Source: a bacterium
GTDB taxonomy: Bacteria; RBG-13-61-14; DATKZS01
Direction of reading: 5' to 3'
DNA: 24,754 nt
NCBI GenBank assembly: GCA_046484135.1
Contig: JAWOBU010000151.1
Span: 1-24,754 of the forward strand
The translations under genes were made by a program, and so were the position numbers. Below are positions 15,800 to 24,754 of this stretch, piece by piece (position 1 is the first letter of the stretch; the number at the start of each line of letters is the position of its first letter). The notes beneath the pieces are model-generated. The model worked only from the letters and a program-made list of their open reading frames with translations. It was not told where the DNA came from and made no database searches.

Positions 15800-17809
15800 A
15801 TGAGCGAATCTTACGAAAGAGAGGTCAAGGGCTTTTTAGGTCGGGGCGGTCCTTTAAGCTCCCTGATCGAAGGCTTCGAGGTCCGTCCGGAACAGGTGAA
15901 GATGGCGGGCGCGGTTCTTCGCTCCCTTGCGGAGGACTCCCTTCTTTTCGCGGAGGCCGGCACCGGCACGGGCAAGACCCTTGCATACCTGGTCCCTGCC
16001 CTGTACTCGGAGCGGCGGGTGGTGATATCCACCGGCACCAAGGCCCTCCAGGAACAGCTCATGTTCAAGGACCTGCCGGTGCTGAGCCGGGAGTTCGAGG
16101 TCAACGCCGTTCTAATGAAGGGCCGGGCCAACTATCTTTGCTGGAAGCGGTTCCACGATTTCAACCGTGCGCCCGCCTTCCACTTCCGGGACGAGATATC
16201 CCACTTCAACACTATCCAGGAGTGGGCGAGCCGCACCAAAACCGGTGACCGGGCCGAGGTTCCCGGCCTGCCGGACGAGTACCCCACCTGGCGCGAGATA
16301 AGCGCAACCAGCGAGCAGTGCCTGGGCCAGAAATGCGAGCACTTCCAGGAGTGCTTTGTAACCAGGATGCGGGCCATGGCCCAGCAGGCGGACATAGTGG
16401 TGGTCAACCATCACCTGTTCTTCGCGGACCTTGCGGTCCGCTCGGATGCGCCCGGCCAGGTGATTCCGTCCTATGAGACCGTCATCTTCGACGAGGCCCA
16501 CTCCCTGCCCGAGATAGCCACCGAGTACTTCGGCCTCCGGTTCAGCAACTTCCAGCTTCTCGACCTGGCCCAGGACATAAGGAGGCTGCAAAGACTGGGC
16601 AAGGTTGCACTGGACGACTTAAAGGCCATGCTCCGGACACTGGAGAAGGCGGAGCACAGCGCGGGCGAACTATTAAAGCATATCGGCGGGTCCCTCAAAA
16701 GCTCCGGAGGGAACCAGGAGTTGTCCCGCTACTCTTTGGCGCCGGTGTTGAAACAAGCCGCGGTACAGGAATGGGGAGACAAGGCATCGGCAGACCTTAA
16801 ATCACTTTCAGCCGCGCTTAACGGCCTTGCCAAAAACGACGAGTCAATCAAGTCCCTTTCTGAGCGGGCCGGGAACCTGGCGGGCGAACTCAAGTCCATT
16901 GTCTCCGGATCGGACCCCGACCAGATTTACTGGGCGGAGATCCGGGGGAAAAACGTTTTCCTCCGGGCCAGCCCGGCCGAGCTGGGTCCTATACTGGAAC
17001 CCCGACTGCTGTCCAATAACCTCCCCATAATCTTTACCTCGGCCACCCTGGCCGTGGTCGCGCAGGGAAAGTGGTCTTTCGATCATTACCGGAAGGCCCT
17101 GGGCGCGGAGAACCTGTCCAGAAAGACGGAAGAGATGTGCCTTCCATCCAGCTATAACTGGAAGGAGAACTCCATCTTGTACATTCCCAGGGACCTGCCT
17201 GAACCCATGGACCCCGCGTTCGTGGACAAGGCCGCCAAAGAAATGGAGTCCATCCTGCACGTCAGCAAGGGCCGGGCCTTTCTCTTGTTCACCAGCTACC
17301 GGAACATGGAAAGGGCATATGAACTCCTTTACGACAAGCTGCCCTATACCGTGTTCAAGCAGGGGGACGCTCCCAAGGGCGAGTTGCTCGAGGAGTTCCG
17401 GGCGGACGAGAACTCGGTGCTGTTCGCCACCCAGAGCTTCTGGGCGGGCGTGGACGTGTCCGGCCCTGCCCTCTCCTGCGTGGTGGTGGACAAGCTTCCA
17501 TTTGCTTCACCTTCCGACCCCCTGGTGGCGGAGAAGGTGGCCAGGATCAAGAAACAACAAAGGAACGCTTTCATGGAGTTCCAATTGCCCTCCGCCGTGC
17601 TCTCGCTCAAGCAGGGCCTGGGAAGGCTCATACGGGGACGCAACGACTACGGCATCCTGGCCGTCCTGGACAGTCGCATCATCAAGAAAAGGTACGGCAG
17701 GATTTTCCTGGAAAGCCTGCCCCCGGTGCCGGTCTCTCACGACCTCCGCGACCTCGAAAGCTTTATGGAACGACACGAGGGCGCTCCGGAGCCGAAAGTT
17801 TCCAACTGA
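15800..17809 (+). CDS. DinG/YoaA-family ATP-dependent DNA helicase with Fe-S cluster
   Basis: Q motif RPEQ, EAGTGTGKT, KGRANYLC plus CLGQKCEHFQEC (four Cys), VVNHHL, DEAH, TSATL, QGLGRLIR; alternative start TTG 15794. Confidence 0.93.
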   Translation: MSESYEREVKGFLGRGGPLSSLIEGFEVRPEQVKMAGAVLRSLAEDSLLFAEAGTGTGKTLAYLVPALYSERRVVISTGTKALQEQLMFKDLPVLSREFEVNAVLMKGRANYLCWKRFHDFNRAPAFHFRDEISHFNTIQEWASRTKTGDRAEVPGLPDEYPTWREISATSEQCLGQKCEHFQECFVTRMRAMAQQADIVVVNHHLFFADLAVRSDAPGQVIPSYETVIFDEAHSLPEIATEYFGLRFSNFQLLDLAQDIRRLQRLGKVALDDLKAMLRTLEKAEHSAGELLKHIGGSLKSSGGNQELSRYSLAPVLKQAAVQEWGDKASADLKSLSAALNGLAKNDESIKSLSERAGNLAGELKSIVSGSDPDQIYWAEIRGKNVFLRASPAELGPILEPRLLSNNLPIIFTSATLAVVAQGKWSFDHYRKALGAENLSRKTEEMCLPSSYNWKENSILYIPRDLPEPMDPAFVDKAAKEMESILHVSKGRAFLLFTSYRNMERAYELLYDKLPYTVFKQGDAPKGELLEEFRADENSVLFATQSFWAGVDVSGPALSCVVVDKLPFASPSDPLVAEKVARIKKQQRNAFMEFQLPSAVLSLKQGLGRLIRGRNDYGILAVLDSRIIKKRYGRIFLESLPPVPVSHDLRDLESFMERHEGAPEPKVSN

Positions 17810-17937
17810 TGCCAGAACCCCGCTCTCTAATGAATGTGGTTATAAAATGTCCGAGAGGTTTCTCTCGCCACTGAACCCCTTCGCACTCAAGGGATGAAAT
17901 TACTCAGCTTATTGCCGGGAAGAAATTTAGCCGGCGC

Positions 17938-19449
17938 TCATCTCAGGTACTGGGCCCGGAGCTCCCTTTTTAAAATCTTGCCCGTGGGAGTGCGGGGAAT
18001 CGAGTCCGCGAACTCGACGCTCTTGGGTATCTTGAACTTGCCGATCTTGTCCTTGCACCAGTTGATGAGTTCATCCTCCGTGAGGTCCTCGCCGCTCTTC
18101 TTCACTATGATGGCTTTTACAGCCTCGCCCCACTTTTCGTCAGGGGTCCCGATGACTCCTACGTCCTGCACCTTGGGATGAGACAAAATTATGTCCTCGA
18201 TCTCGGCAGGATAGATGTTCTCGCCGCCGGAGATGATCATGTCCTTCTTGCGGTCCAGGATATAGAGGTAACCGTCCTCGTCCTGCTTGGCCAGGTCCCC
18301 GGTATGGAGCCAGCCCTTCCTGATGGTCTTCTCCGTCTCCTCCGGCCGGTTCCAGTAGCCTTTCATCACGTTCGCCGCTTTTATAATGACCTCCCCGAGC
18401 TCGCCGGGCGCCACGTCATTGCCTGTGTCCTCCACCAGCCGGATGTCGGTATGGAACATGGGAAGACCGCAGGACCCGGCCTTGCTGAGGGCGTGCTCCG
18501 CGTCTATCACCGATGCCGGCCCGGTACATTCCGTGAGACCGTAAAGCTGCCTGACCTCGATGCCGGCCTCTCCGTACTCCTTGAGCAAGGTAACCGGCAC
18601 CGGCGCGGCATAGACCAGCACTATGTTCACCGAGCTCCAGTCGTACTTCTCGAACTCCGGCACCAGCTTCAAGAACATGAGCAGGGCCGGGACCGACCCG
18701 AACCCGGTGATCTTCTCTTCGGCAAGAAGCTCCAGGAAACGCTTGGCGTCAAAGCTCCGAAGAAAGACCGCCCTCTGTCCGAAATGCGCAAACATGGGTA
18801 CTCCCGCCAGTGCGCCGATGTGAAAAAGCGGCAGAGCCACCAGAAAGGAATCGCCCGTCCATCCCAGGGTCGCCATCATGGTAACCGAGGTGTCGAAGTA
18901 ATTGTCGTGAGTGAGCATGGCACCCTTGGGACGGCCGGTGGTGCCCGACGTATAAAGAATGGAAAGAACATCGTCGCCGCCGCCGGAAAGCTCGACCTCT
19001 GCGCCGGACTCGGACTTTAAAAGCTCCTCGTAAGAACGGGCCCACTCCGGGGGATCCTCAAAAAGCGCCAGCAGCTCAGAAGCCGGGATATCGCTTCTGA
19101 TGGAATCCACGGTGTCGGTGTATTCCTTGCCGAACAAAAGCACCTTGGCGCCGCTGTCGGACACGATGTACTGGATTTCCGGACCGGCCAGACGGTAGTT
19201 GACCGGCACCAGGATGGCCCCCATCTTGCCCAGCCCGAAATAAAGGTCGTAGTACTGTGGTTCGTTGAGGGCGAGGATGGCCACCCGGTCCCCCGCCCGG
19301 ACACCAAGCTTCTGCATAAGCCGTACAAGCTGGTTGGACCTTTCATTAAGCTCTGAAAAAGTGCGCCTTATGCCCTCGCAGACCAGCCCCTCCCGCTGGG
19401 GAGTCAGCCGGGCCCGCCTGGTCAAAAAATCGCCGATATTGGTTCCCAT
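17938..19449 (-). CDS. Long-chain fatty acid--CoA ligase (ANL adenylate-forming family)
   Basis: YTSGTTGRPKG, LPLFHIG, YGLTE, GWLHTGD, RKKDMIISGGENIYPAEIE, PRTPTGKILK; SD AAGGAG. Confidence 0.95.
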   Translation of the reverse strand: MGTNIGDFLTRRARLTPQREGLVCEGIRRTFSELNERSNQLVRLMQKLGVRAGDRVAILALNEPQYYDLYFGLGKMGAILVPVNYRLAGPEIQYIVSDSGAKVLLFGKEYTDTVDSIRSDIPASELLALFEDPPEWARSYEELLKSESGAEVELSGGGDDVLSILYTSGTTGRPKGAMLTHDNYFDTSVTMMATLGWTGDSFLVALPLFHIGALAGVPMFAHFGQRAVFLRSFDAKRFLELLAEEKITGFGSVPALLMFLKLVPEFEKYDWSSVNIVLVYAAPVPVTLLKEYGEAGIEVRQLYGLTECTGPASVIDAEHALSKAGSCGLPMFHTDIRLVEDTGNDVAPGELGEVIIKAANVMKGYWNRPEETEKTIRKGWLHTGDLAKQDEDGYLYILDRKKDMIISGGENIYPAEIEDIILSHPKVQDVGVIGTPDEKWGEAVKAIIVKKSGEDLTEDELINWCKDKIGKFKIPKSVEFADSIPRTPTGKILKRELRAQYLR

Positions 19450-19568
19450 CGAGCTATCTCCTTTCTTGTTTTTTTTAAGAGACTCTCCTCTTTTATGCCA
19501 GGATCAAAGCTTAAATGCAAATGCTTAAAGAATGCGAAAAAACCGGTCTATAAATCCCCTGCAGCTTG

Positions 19569-19577
19569 TGTTAAAAT
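19569..19577 (+). promoter_or_regulatory. Extended -10 element upstream of the Na/Pi cotransporter
   Basis: TG-T-TAAAAT, followed by SD GGAG (19600-19603) and TTG 19610. Confidence 0.4.
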
Positions 19578-19609
19578 TAATAGATTCACTTCAGGGTGTG
19601 GAGTTTTTA

Positions 19610-21259
19610 TTGGACGATCTGAACACGAACCTTATTGTGCTGTCTCTTTTCGGGTCCGTTCTTCTGCTTCTGTACGGCGTCCGGCTCGCGGGCGACGGCT
19701 TGCGCGGCTGGGCCGGTCCTCGGATCAAGACCGCGCTGGAGACCATGACCAGAAACCGTTTCGTGGCGCTTGGCACGGGGGTCGTGGTTACGTTTCTTCT
19801 GCAGTCCAGCTCCGCCACCACCGTTACCATGGTGAGCCTTATAGACTCGGGTCTCATCAGCTTCTCCCAGACCCTGGGCGTCATTCTTGGCTCGGACATC
19901 GGCACCACCATCACGGTCCAGCTCATTTCTTTCAAGGTCCACCAATGCGCTCTTTTCATCTGTGGAGTCGGTCTTTTTATCCGCTTTATCACCGAGGACA
20001 ATCAGCGCAAGTCCCTTGGAGAAGGTATCCTGGGCTTCGGGTTGATTTTTCTTTCCATCTACCTCATGTCGCAGATCATGGAGCCTTTGCAGGACAACCA
20101 GCTTTTCAAGGACATTCTCCAGGCATCCGGCACAAGCCCCATCCTGGGCATCCTGGCGGCTATGCTGATCACCGCGATTATTCAATCAAGCGCTGCCACC
20201 ATCGGCATCGTCATCTCTCTGGCCCTGGTGGGCGGACCCGGAACCGAGATCATTGACGTGCGAGCAGCCATACCTCTCATCCTGGGCGCAAATATCGGCA
20301 CCTGCGGCACTGCTCTGCTCTCCAGCCTCCGAAGCACTGTGGACGCCAAGCGGGCGGCGTTCGCAAACCTTTTGTTCAAGCTGATCGGAGTTATTATAGT
20401 CCTGCCCTTTCTGGCACCTTTCACCAGCCTTATGGAGCTTACCGGCGACAACGTGGCCAGGCAGATCGCCAACACCCACACCATCTTCAACATCGGACTG
20501 GCGGTAATCCTCCTTCCCTTTACCGGACCGCTGGGAAGATTGATCGAAAAGTGGTTCCCGGAAAAACAGGAAGAAAGTGATGAGTTCCATCCCAAGTACT
20601 TGAACCCGGCCATGCTCGACACCCCGTCTCTCGCCCTTGCCCAGGCAGCCCGCGAGACCATGAGGATGTCAGAACAGGTCGAGGACATGCTGAAGCTGTC
20701 CCTGCCCGCGCTCACCGAGTGCGACCTCGGCCTTATTGAAAGGGTCGAAGCTATGGACGACAACGTGGATATGCTGGACCGATCAATACGGATGTACCTG
20801 ACCCAGCTATCACGGACCAACCTCACCAGGGAGGACGCCAAGCGCCAGATGGAGATTCTCACTGTGATCTCGAACCTCGAGTCCATCGGGGACGTGATAG
20901 ACAAGAACATCATGGAACTCTCGAGAAAGAAAGCCAAGAACTGCGTGAATTTCTCCCAGAAGGGGCAGGTCGAGATAGAGGACCTGCACAGCCGGATACT
21001 GGAGAACTTTACCCTTACCCTCTCGGCCTTTACCTCCCAGGACAAAAGCATGGCGGAAAAGGTCTTCAGAAACAAAAACCGCATCCGCGACCTTGAAAAA
21101 GATTACTACCGCAGACACATAGAAAGGCTCGAGTCAGGCCTGTCCGAATCAATCGAGACCAGCTCCATACACCTCGATGTTCTGACCAACCTGAAAAGGA
21201 TCAACACCCATCTGACCAACATAGCCTACCAGATCATGGAATCGCCCGACCAGGAGTGA
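19610..21259 (+). CDS. Na/Pi cotransporter family protein with C-terminal PhoU-like domains
   Basis: Two QSSSA/QSSAA motifs with GSDIGTT and GANIGT; ARQIANTHTIFN; LESIGD; SIETSSIHLD. Start placed at TTG 19610 (SD GGAG) rather than 19532. Confidence 0.93.
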   Translation: MDDLNTNLIVLSLFGSVLLLLYGVRLAGDGLRGWAGPRIKTALETMTRNRFVALGTGVVVTFLLQSSSATTVTMVSLIDSGLISFSQTLGVILGSDIGTTITVQLISFKVHQCALFICGVGLFIRFITEDNQRKSLGEGILGFGLIFLSIYLMSQIMEPLQDNQLFKDILQASGTSPILGILAAMLITAIIQSSAATIGIVISLALVGGPGTEIIDVRAAIPLILGANIGTCGTALLSSLRSTVDAKRAAFANLLFKLIGVIIVLPFLAPFTSLMELTGDNVARQIANTHTIFNIGLAVILLPFTGPLGRLIEKWFPEKQEESDEFHPKYLNPAMLDTPSLALAQAARETMRMSEQVEDMLKLSLPALTECDLGLIERVEAMDDNVDMLDRSIRMYLTQLSRTNLTREDAKRQMEILTVISNLESIGDVIDKNIMELSRKKAKNCVNFSQKGQVEIEDLHSRILENFTLTLSAFTSQDKSMAEKVFRNKNRIRDLEKDYYRRHIERLESGLSESIETSSIHLDVLTNLKRINTHLTNIAYQIMESPDQE

Positions 21260-21358
21260 GAACCGCATAGTCCTTCCGATTCATCTCCGCTGTAACTGAC
21301 CGCTCATGCCAAATAACCCGGACGCGGTCCCCTGAAAGTGGCGAGCATGTCATGGCAA

Positions 21359-21367
21359 TGATAAAAT
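21359..21367 (+). promoter_or_regulatory. Extended -10 element upstream of the MBL hydrolase
   Basis: TG-A-TAAAAT; SD GGGGAG at 21384-21389. Confidence 0.4.
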
Positions 21368-21395
21368 AATCTTCAGTTCAATAGGGGAGTTCTTG

Positions 21396-22178
21396 ATGCG
21401 GGTAACAGTGCTGGGATGCGGGACCTCTACCGGGGTCCCGGTTATAGGATGCCCCTGCGATGTTTGCAGGAGCACCGACCCGAGAAACCACCGGAGCAGG
21501 TCGTCCATCGTGGTCTCGGAAAACGGGCAGAACGTGCTGGTGGACACCGCGCCCGAGTTAAGGTACCAGGCCCTGGCTACCGGTATTACAACAGTGGACG
21601 CCGTGCTTTACACCCACGATCACGCGGACCACATCTTCGGCATGGACGAGCTTCGGACCTTCAACTTTATCATGGGCAGGTCCATACCGGTGTATGGCAA
21701 CGAAAAGGTCATAAACCGTATCCGGAACGTGTTCGATTATATCTGGGACCCTTCCGCACCGCAGGGAGGCGGGCTTCCCATGATTACCACCACTCTTATG
21801 GACGGCGACCTCGAGGTCGCGGACATGCGGATCAGGCCGTTGTCCCTCTGGCACGGCCGGCAGATCATTCTCGGTTTCAAGTTCGGGGAAACGCTCGCTT
21901 ACATGACCGACTGCAGCCAGGTCCCGGAGGAGACCATGGAAGAGGTCAGGGGAACGCCGGTGATAATAATAGACGCTCTCCGGTACCGGCCCCACACCAC
22001 CCACTTCTCGGTGGACCAGGCTTTGGAGGTCATAAAAGAGCTGTCGCCCGAGCGGGCCTATCTTACCCACTTGAGCCACAGCCTGGACTATAACCGGCTG
22101 CGCTCCGAGCTGCCTGACGGAGTCGAGCCTGCTTACGACGGGCTGGAGGTCAACCTGGAGGGAACAGGTGGCTCCTGA
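21396..22178 (+). CDS. Metallo-beta-lactamase-fold hydrolase, PhnP-like phosphodiesterase family
   Basis: LGCGTSTGVP, CPCDVC, THDHADH, YMTDC, HTTHF, YLTHLSH, AYDG. Confidence 0.92.
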   Translation: MRVTVLGCGTSTGVPVIGCPCDVCRSTDPRNHRSRSSIVVSENGQNVLVDTAPELRYQALATGITTVDAVLYTHDHADHIFGMDELRTFNFIMGRSIPVYGNEKVINRIRNVFDYIWDPSAPQGGGLPMITTTLMDGDLEVADMRIRPLSLWHGRQIILGFKFGETLAYMTDCSQVPEETMEEVRGTPVIIIDALRYRPHTTHFSVDQALEVIKELSPERAYLTHLSHSLDYNRLRSELPDGVEPAYDGLEVNLEGTGGS

Positions 22179-23286
22179 AGAAAAACAGAAGCAGACCCGG
22201 AGCGCTGAGAAGAGGCGTATTCTGATCGTGGAGGCGGACCGGGAGTTCCGCGAGGTCCTGCAGGATTTCATGGAAGGGCAGCGGTTTCTGGTCGAGTCCG
22301 CGGAGAAAGGTGATGACGCCATCGCCAAGGTGTCGTCGTTCAATCCGGACATCGTGCTTCTCTCCCGCGAGCTTCCCCTGGCGGACGGGACAGTCGGACC
22401 CGACGGGCTCCGGGTCCTGAAGGTGATAAAACAGGACCTCCGGGAAAGAAGGTGCCCGGTGATACTGTTTTCCAGCCAGTCCACGGAAAAAGACTTTGAC
22501 CGGTACCGCAAGCTAAAGTTCTCCGCCGACGATTACGTGAGTAAACCTTTCGAGGACACCGAGATTCTGCGCCGGATCGAGAACCTGATCGGGTTCGATC
22601 TTTCCGACGACATGGGCCGGATCAAGGACCGGATCGAGGACGCCTTGGACGACCCTCTGGCCAACATCTTTGATGCGGACCCTTCCGAGCTGGGGACCAG
22701 CTTTTCCGCGGCCACCCGCAAAGAAGTGACCCAGCTTCTCGAGCAGATGGGCAACGAGCTCGAGCACAACGAAACGCCGGTGGAAGAGATAGAGGAACAA
22801 TCAGGGGAGCAGGAGATAAAGGAACGGTCTTCTCCCCCTCCGGCGCCGGAAGAGCTGGACGAAGAAGAGGTAAGAAAGCTGAGAAACGAGCTCCGGACCA
22901 CCAGCAGACAGCTTGACCGGGTACAGAAGCAGTTAAAGGACGAGCGCGGCAGAACCCGGGAAATGAAGAAGCAATGGAAAAACCGCCTTCAGAAGATAGC
23001 CGCCCGCCTCAAGGAAAGCGAAGAAAACGAGTCCCGCCTGCGCGAGGAGTTCGAGGCCATGCGGGAAAAGCTGGCCGACATGGAGCTGGAACACACCATC
23101 GAGATGGAGAGGCTTCAGGCGGAAAAGTCCCACCTCGAGGAAGAGGTGGCCGAGCTCCGCAAAAAAGCAGGAAACTTCCACAACCAACAGCTCTCCACAG
23201 AAATTAAAAACGCGATCTCAACTCTCGAAAACCTACTCGACAACCTGGAGCAGGAAGAGGAAGAAGAAGAAGAAAAACTATCGTAA
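22168..23286 (+). CDS. Atypical (pseudo-)receiver domain plus long coiled coil, FrzS/AglZ-like
   Basis: ILIVEAD, PDIVLLS (Ser at the phospho-Asp position), RKLKFSADDYVSKPF...LIGF; E/K/R/L-rich heptad C-terminal half; GTG start overlapping the upstream gene. Confidence 0.85.
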   Translation: MAPEEKQKQTRSAEKRRILIVEADREFREVLQDFMEGQRFLVESAEKGDDAIAKVSSFNPDIVLLSRELPLADGTVGPDGLRVLKVIKQDLRERRCPVILFSSQSTEKDFDRYRKLKFSADDYVSKPFEDTEILRRIENLIGFDLSDDMGRIKDRIEDALDDPLANIFDADPSELGTSFSAATRKEVTQLLEQMGNELEHNETPVEEIEEQSGEQEIKERSSPPPAPEELDEEEVRKLRNELRTTSRQLDRVQKQLKDERGRTREMKKQWKNRLQKIAARLKESEENESRLREEFEAMREKLADMELEHTIEMERLQAEKSHLEEEVAELRKKAGNFHNQQLSTEIKNAISTLENLLDNLEQEEEEEEEKLS

Positions 23287-23295
23287 CCTGTTACC

Positions 23296-24291
23296 TCAAT
23301 CTTTATCTTTCTTCTTGCCGGCCGTTTTTTGCATCACAGGACCCGCAAGCGCGCGGGCCACTATTTCGAGCGCCTTGCCGTTGGGATGAAAGTCGCGCGG
23401 GCCCACCACCAGCTCCCCGGCGGGATAGCGGTCCAGTAAAGGGTACGGGTCAATGAATGAAACTCCTTCTTCGGAAAGCATTGTTTTCAATCTCGCCCGC
23501 TCGGTCTCGAACATATTCTCTTCCGAAAGCATAGGAAAGGTAACTGCCAGAAGCTCGACGGAACTTTTATCGCAAATCTCTTTTACACTCCGGATGTCCT
23601 CCCGGAAGCGCCGGAACTCCTCTCCTTCCGGGTCATAGAGACTCTTTACGTGCTCCTTGAAAAGCCGGTTTATCTCATCGGCGTAAGAGGCGGCCACAAG
23701 CTCCCGCAAGATCGGGACCTTTCGCCAGGGCGAGCTCTTAAAACGTTCCAGCTTTTCCGACTCGGGCCGGAAGGGCTTCCGCTCCGGGTCGTTGATTTCG
23801 GTAATAACGAGAATAACCAGGTCCGGGGAAAGCGAGAGGACCTTTTCTTTAAGAAGAACAACATAATCATGGCTGTTATAGCCCCGCACGCCTGCGTTGA
23901 TTACCTGAAAGCTCCGGCCCGGCTCTTTCCGGGCCAGTAGCTCTTCTATGAGGCAAGAGAGAGTCTTCTCTTCGTCTACTCCCTGTCCGAAAACAATGGA
24001 GTCCCCCACTATCACTATCCGGGTCGTTCCTTCCGGCTTGGAGCGCGATACGTCTTCCCCCCGGAAACCCAGGTTGTTTATGCGTACGGACAAGCCGGCC
24101 ACAACCCCGGTTGCGCCGGGCACGTGCTCGTGCGGAAGCCCCTCCACTTCCGATTTCCGGTACAGTCCCGGCGAGCTCGCGGGTTTCTTCCACGGTCCCG
24201 GCTTCTGAAACAGGGAGAACAAAACCGCGAGCAGGAGCAATCCGCCAATGAACAGGACAAGGGAGAACAGTACGGTCCGGGACTTTTTCAT
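23296..24291 (-). CDS. SGNH/GDSL hydrolase family protein, N-terminally membrane anchored
   Basis: INNLGFRG, VGDSIVFG (block I), INAGVRGY (II), EIND (III), DFHPN (V). Confidence 0.9.
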   Translation of the reverse strand: MKKSRTVLFSLVLFIGGLLLLAVLFSLFQKPGPWKKPASSPGLYRKSEVEGLPHEHVPGATGVVAGLSVRINNLGFRGEDVSRSKPEGTTRIVIVGDSIVFGQGVDEEKTLSCLIEELLARKEPGRSFQVINAGVRGYNSHDYVVLLKEKVLSLSPDLVILVITEINDPERKPFRPESEKLERFKSSPWRKVPILRELVAASYADEINRLFKEHVKSLYDPEGEEFRRFREDIRSVKEICDKSSVELLAVTFPMLSEENMFETERARLKTMLSEEGVSFIDPYPLLDRYPAGELVVGPRDFHPNGKALEIVARALAGPVMQKTAGKKKDKD

Positions 24292-24342
24292 GAATAACCG
24301 CTCCGGAGAAAAGAGGCTGCAGCCGGAATGATGGCGCGGGTT

Positions 24343-24538
24343 TTAGAAGCCCTGGTACTCTTTGTTTTCATCCTTGGTGATCCTGGTGATTTCCAGCCGG
24401 ACCTCTTTGGGAAATGCCTTTGCCCCTCTTCATCACGGGGAAAACCGCGAAGGCATGGGTCCATCACTCCCCCTTGTCTTCGCAGCAGGAGAACGAAACA
24501 GCCGGAACCGTCAAAAAAGCAATCAATAATCTTTTCAT
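24343..24538 (-). pseudogene. Possible degraded small lipoprotein gene
   Basis: MKRLLIAFLTVPAVSFSCCEDKGE then TGA (24464-24466); a protein-like tail KAFPKEVRLEITRITKDENKEYQGF* lies in another frame ending 24343. Confidence 0.35.
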
Positions 24539-24591
24539 GTCTCCATCCTGTGTCCCTTTCCGCCATTATTTTAGCCATCCCGAAGAATGTT

Positions 24592-24753
24592 TTAAAGCTC
24601 TTGGTCTTCCGGGGTGAGGTCCGGAAAATCCTGGGGCACCTTGCCTCCGGAAAGGGTCGAGAAAAGGACCAGGAAGCATACGTCCAGGGGAACGGTAAGA
24701 ATGCTCATGGAGTAGCTGTAGATGTACCTGAAGCCTTTGCCGAGTTCGGCGTA
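24592..24753 (-). CDS. 3' end of a hypothetical (membrane) protein entering from the right edge
   Basis: Open frame YAELGKGFRYIYSYSMSILTVPLDVCFLVLFSTLSGGKVPQDFPDLTPEDQEL* with GC-rich third positions like neighbouring genes; TAA at 24594-24592. Confidence 0.7.
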   Translation of the reverse strand, partial: YAELGKGFRYIYSYSMSILTVPLDVCFLVLFSTLSGGKVPQDFPDLTPEDQEL

Positions 24754-24754
24754 C

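Noticed and set aside
14995..17809. xth plus DinG helicase as an anti-phage or type IV CRISPR module
   Set aside because: Both look like ordinary housekeeping repair enzymes (ExoIII; Fe-S YoaA-type helicase); no cas or defence genes adjacent
17852..17867. Hairpin CGAGAG-GTTT-CTCTCG between convergent genes as a terminator
   Set aside because: Short stem with no clear U-tract on either strand; insufficient support
23254..23277. GAA/GAG run as a contingency repeat
   Set aside because: In-frame trinucleotide run encoding a poly-Glu tail; length change would not switch expression
24288..24578. 96-aa minus-strand ORF from the track
   Set aside because: No motifs; other frames in the same interval look more protein-like (see the pseudogene call)

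Overview
GC-rich, gene-dense bacterial chromosomal window. The FrzS-like pseudo-receiver, PilZ protein and CGxKGP-type Fn3 lipoprotein suggest a deltaproteobacterial-type lineage (inference). About 21 complete CDS plus one partial, in order: FGE-sulfatase-domain protein, ApbE flavin transferase, a tightly coupled run (SAM methyltransferase, GT2, GT4, B12-binding radical SAM, CobO, membrane protein, acyl-CoA mutase large subunit), hisA with an Fn3 lipoprotein, PilZ divergent from cNMP-binding protein / ATPase-domain-only Hsp70 / xth / DinG-YoaA helicase, acyl-CoA ligase, Na/Pi cotransporter, PhnP-like MBL hydrolase, FrzS-like protein and SGNH hydrolase. No rRNA, tRNA, CRISPR array or transposase was recognised. 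Most unusual signals: (1) the first ~850 bp appear non-coding and contain a ~590 bp nested, degenerate fold-back palindrome (161-746) built from REP-like hairpins; a second REP-like family occurs at 788, 3129 and 10531-10583; (2) an NBD-only Hsp70 coupled to a stand-alone cNMP-binding protein; (3) the mutase has isobutyryl-CoA-mutase-type Phe/Gln specificity residues; (4) the conserved GT4 N-terminus has no canonical start codon (ATT start or 1-bp frameshift). All calls come from motif reading by eye; no searches were run.
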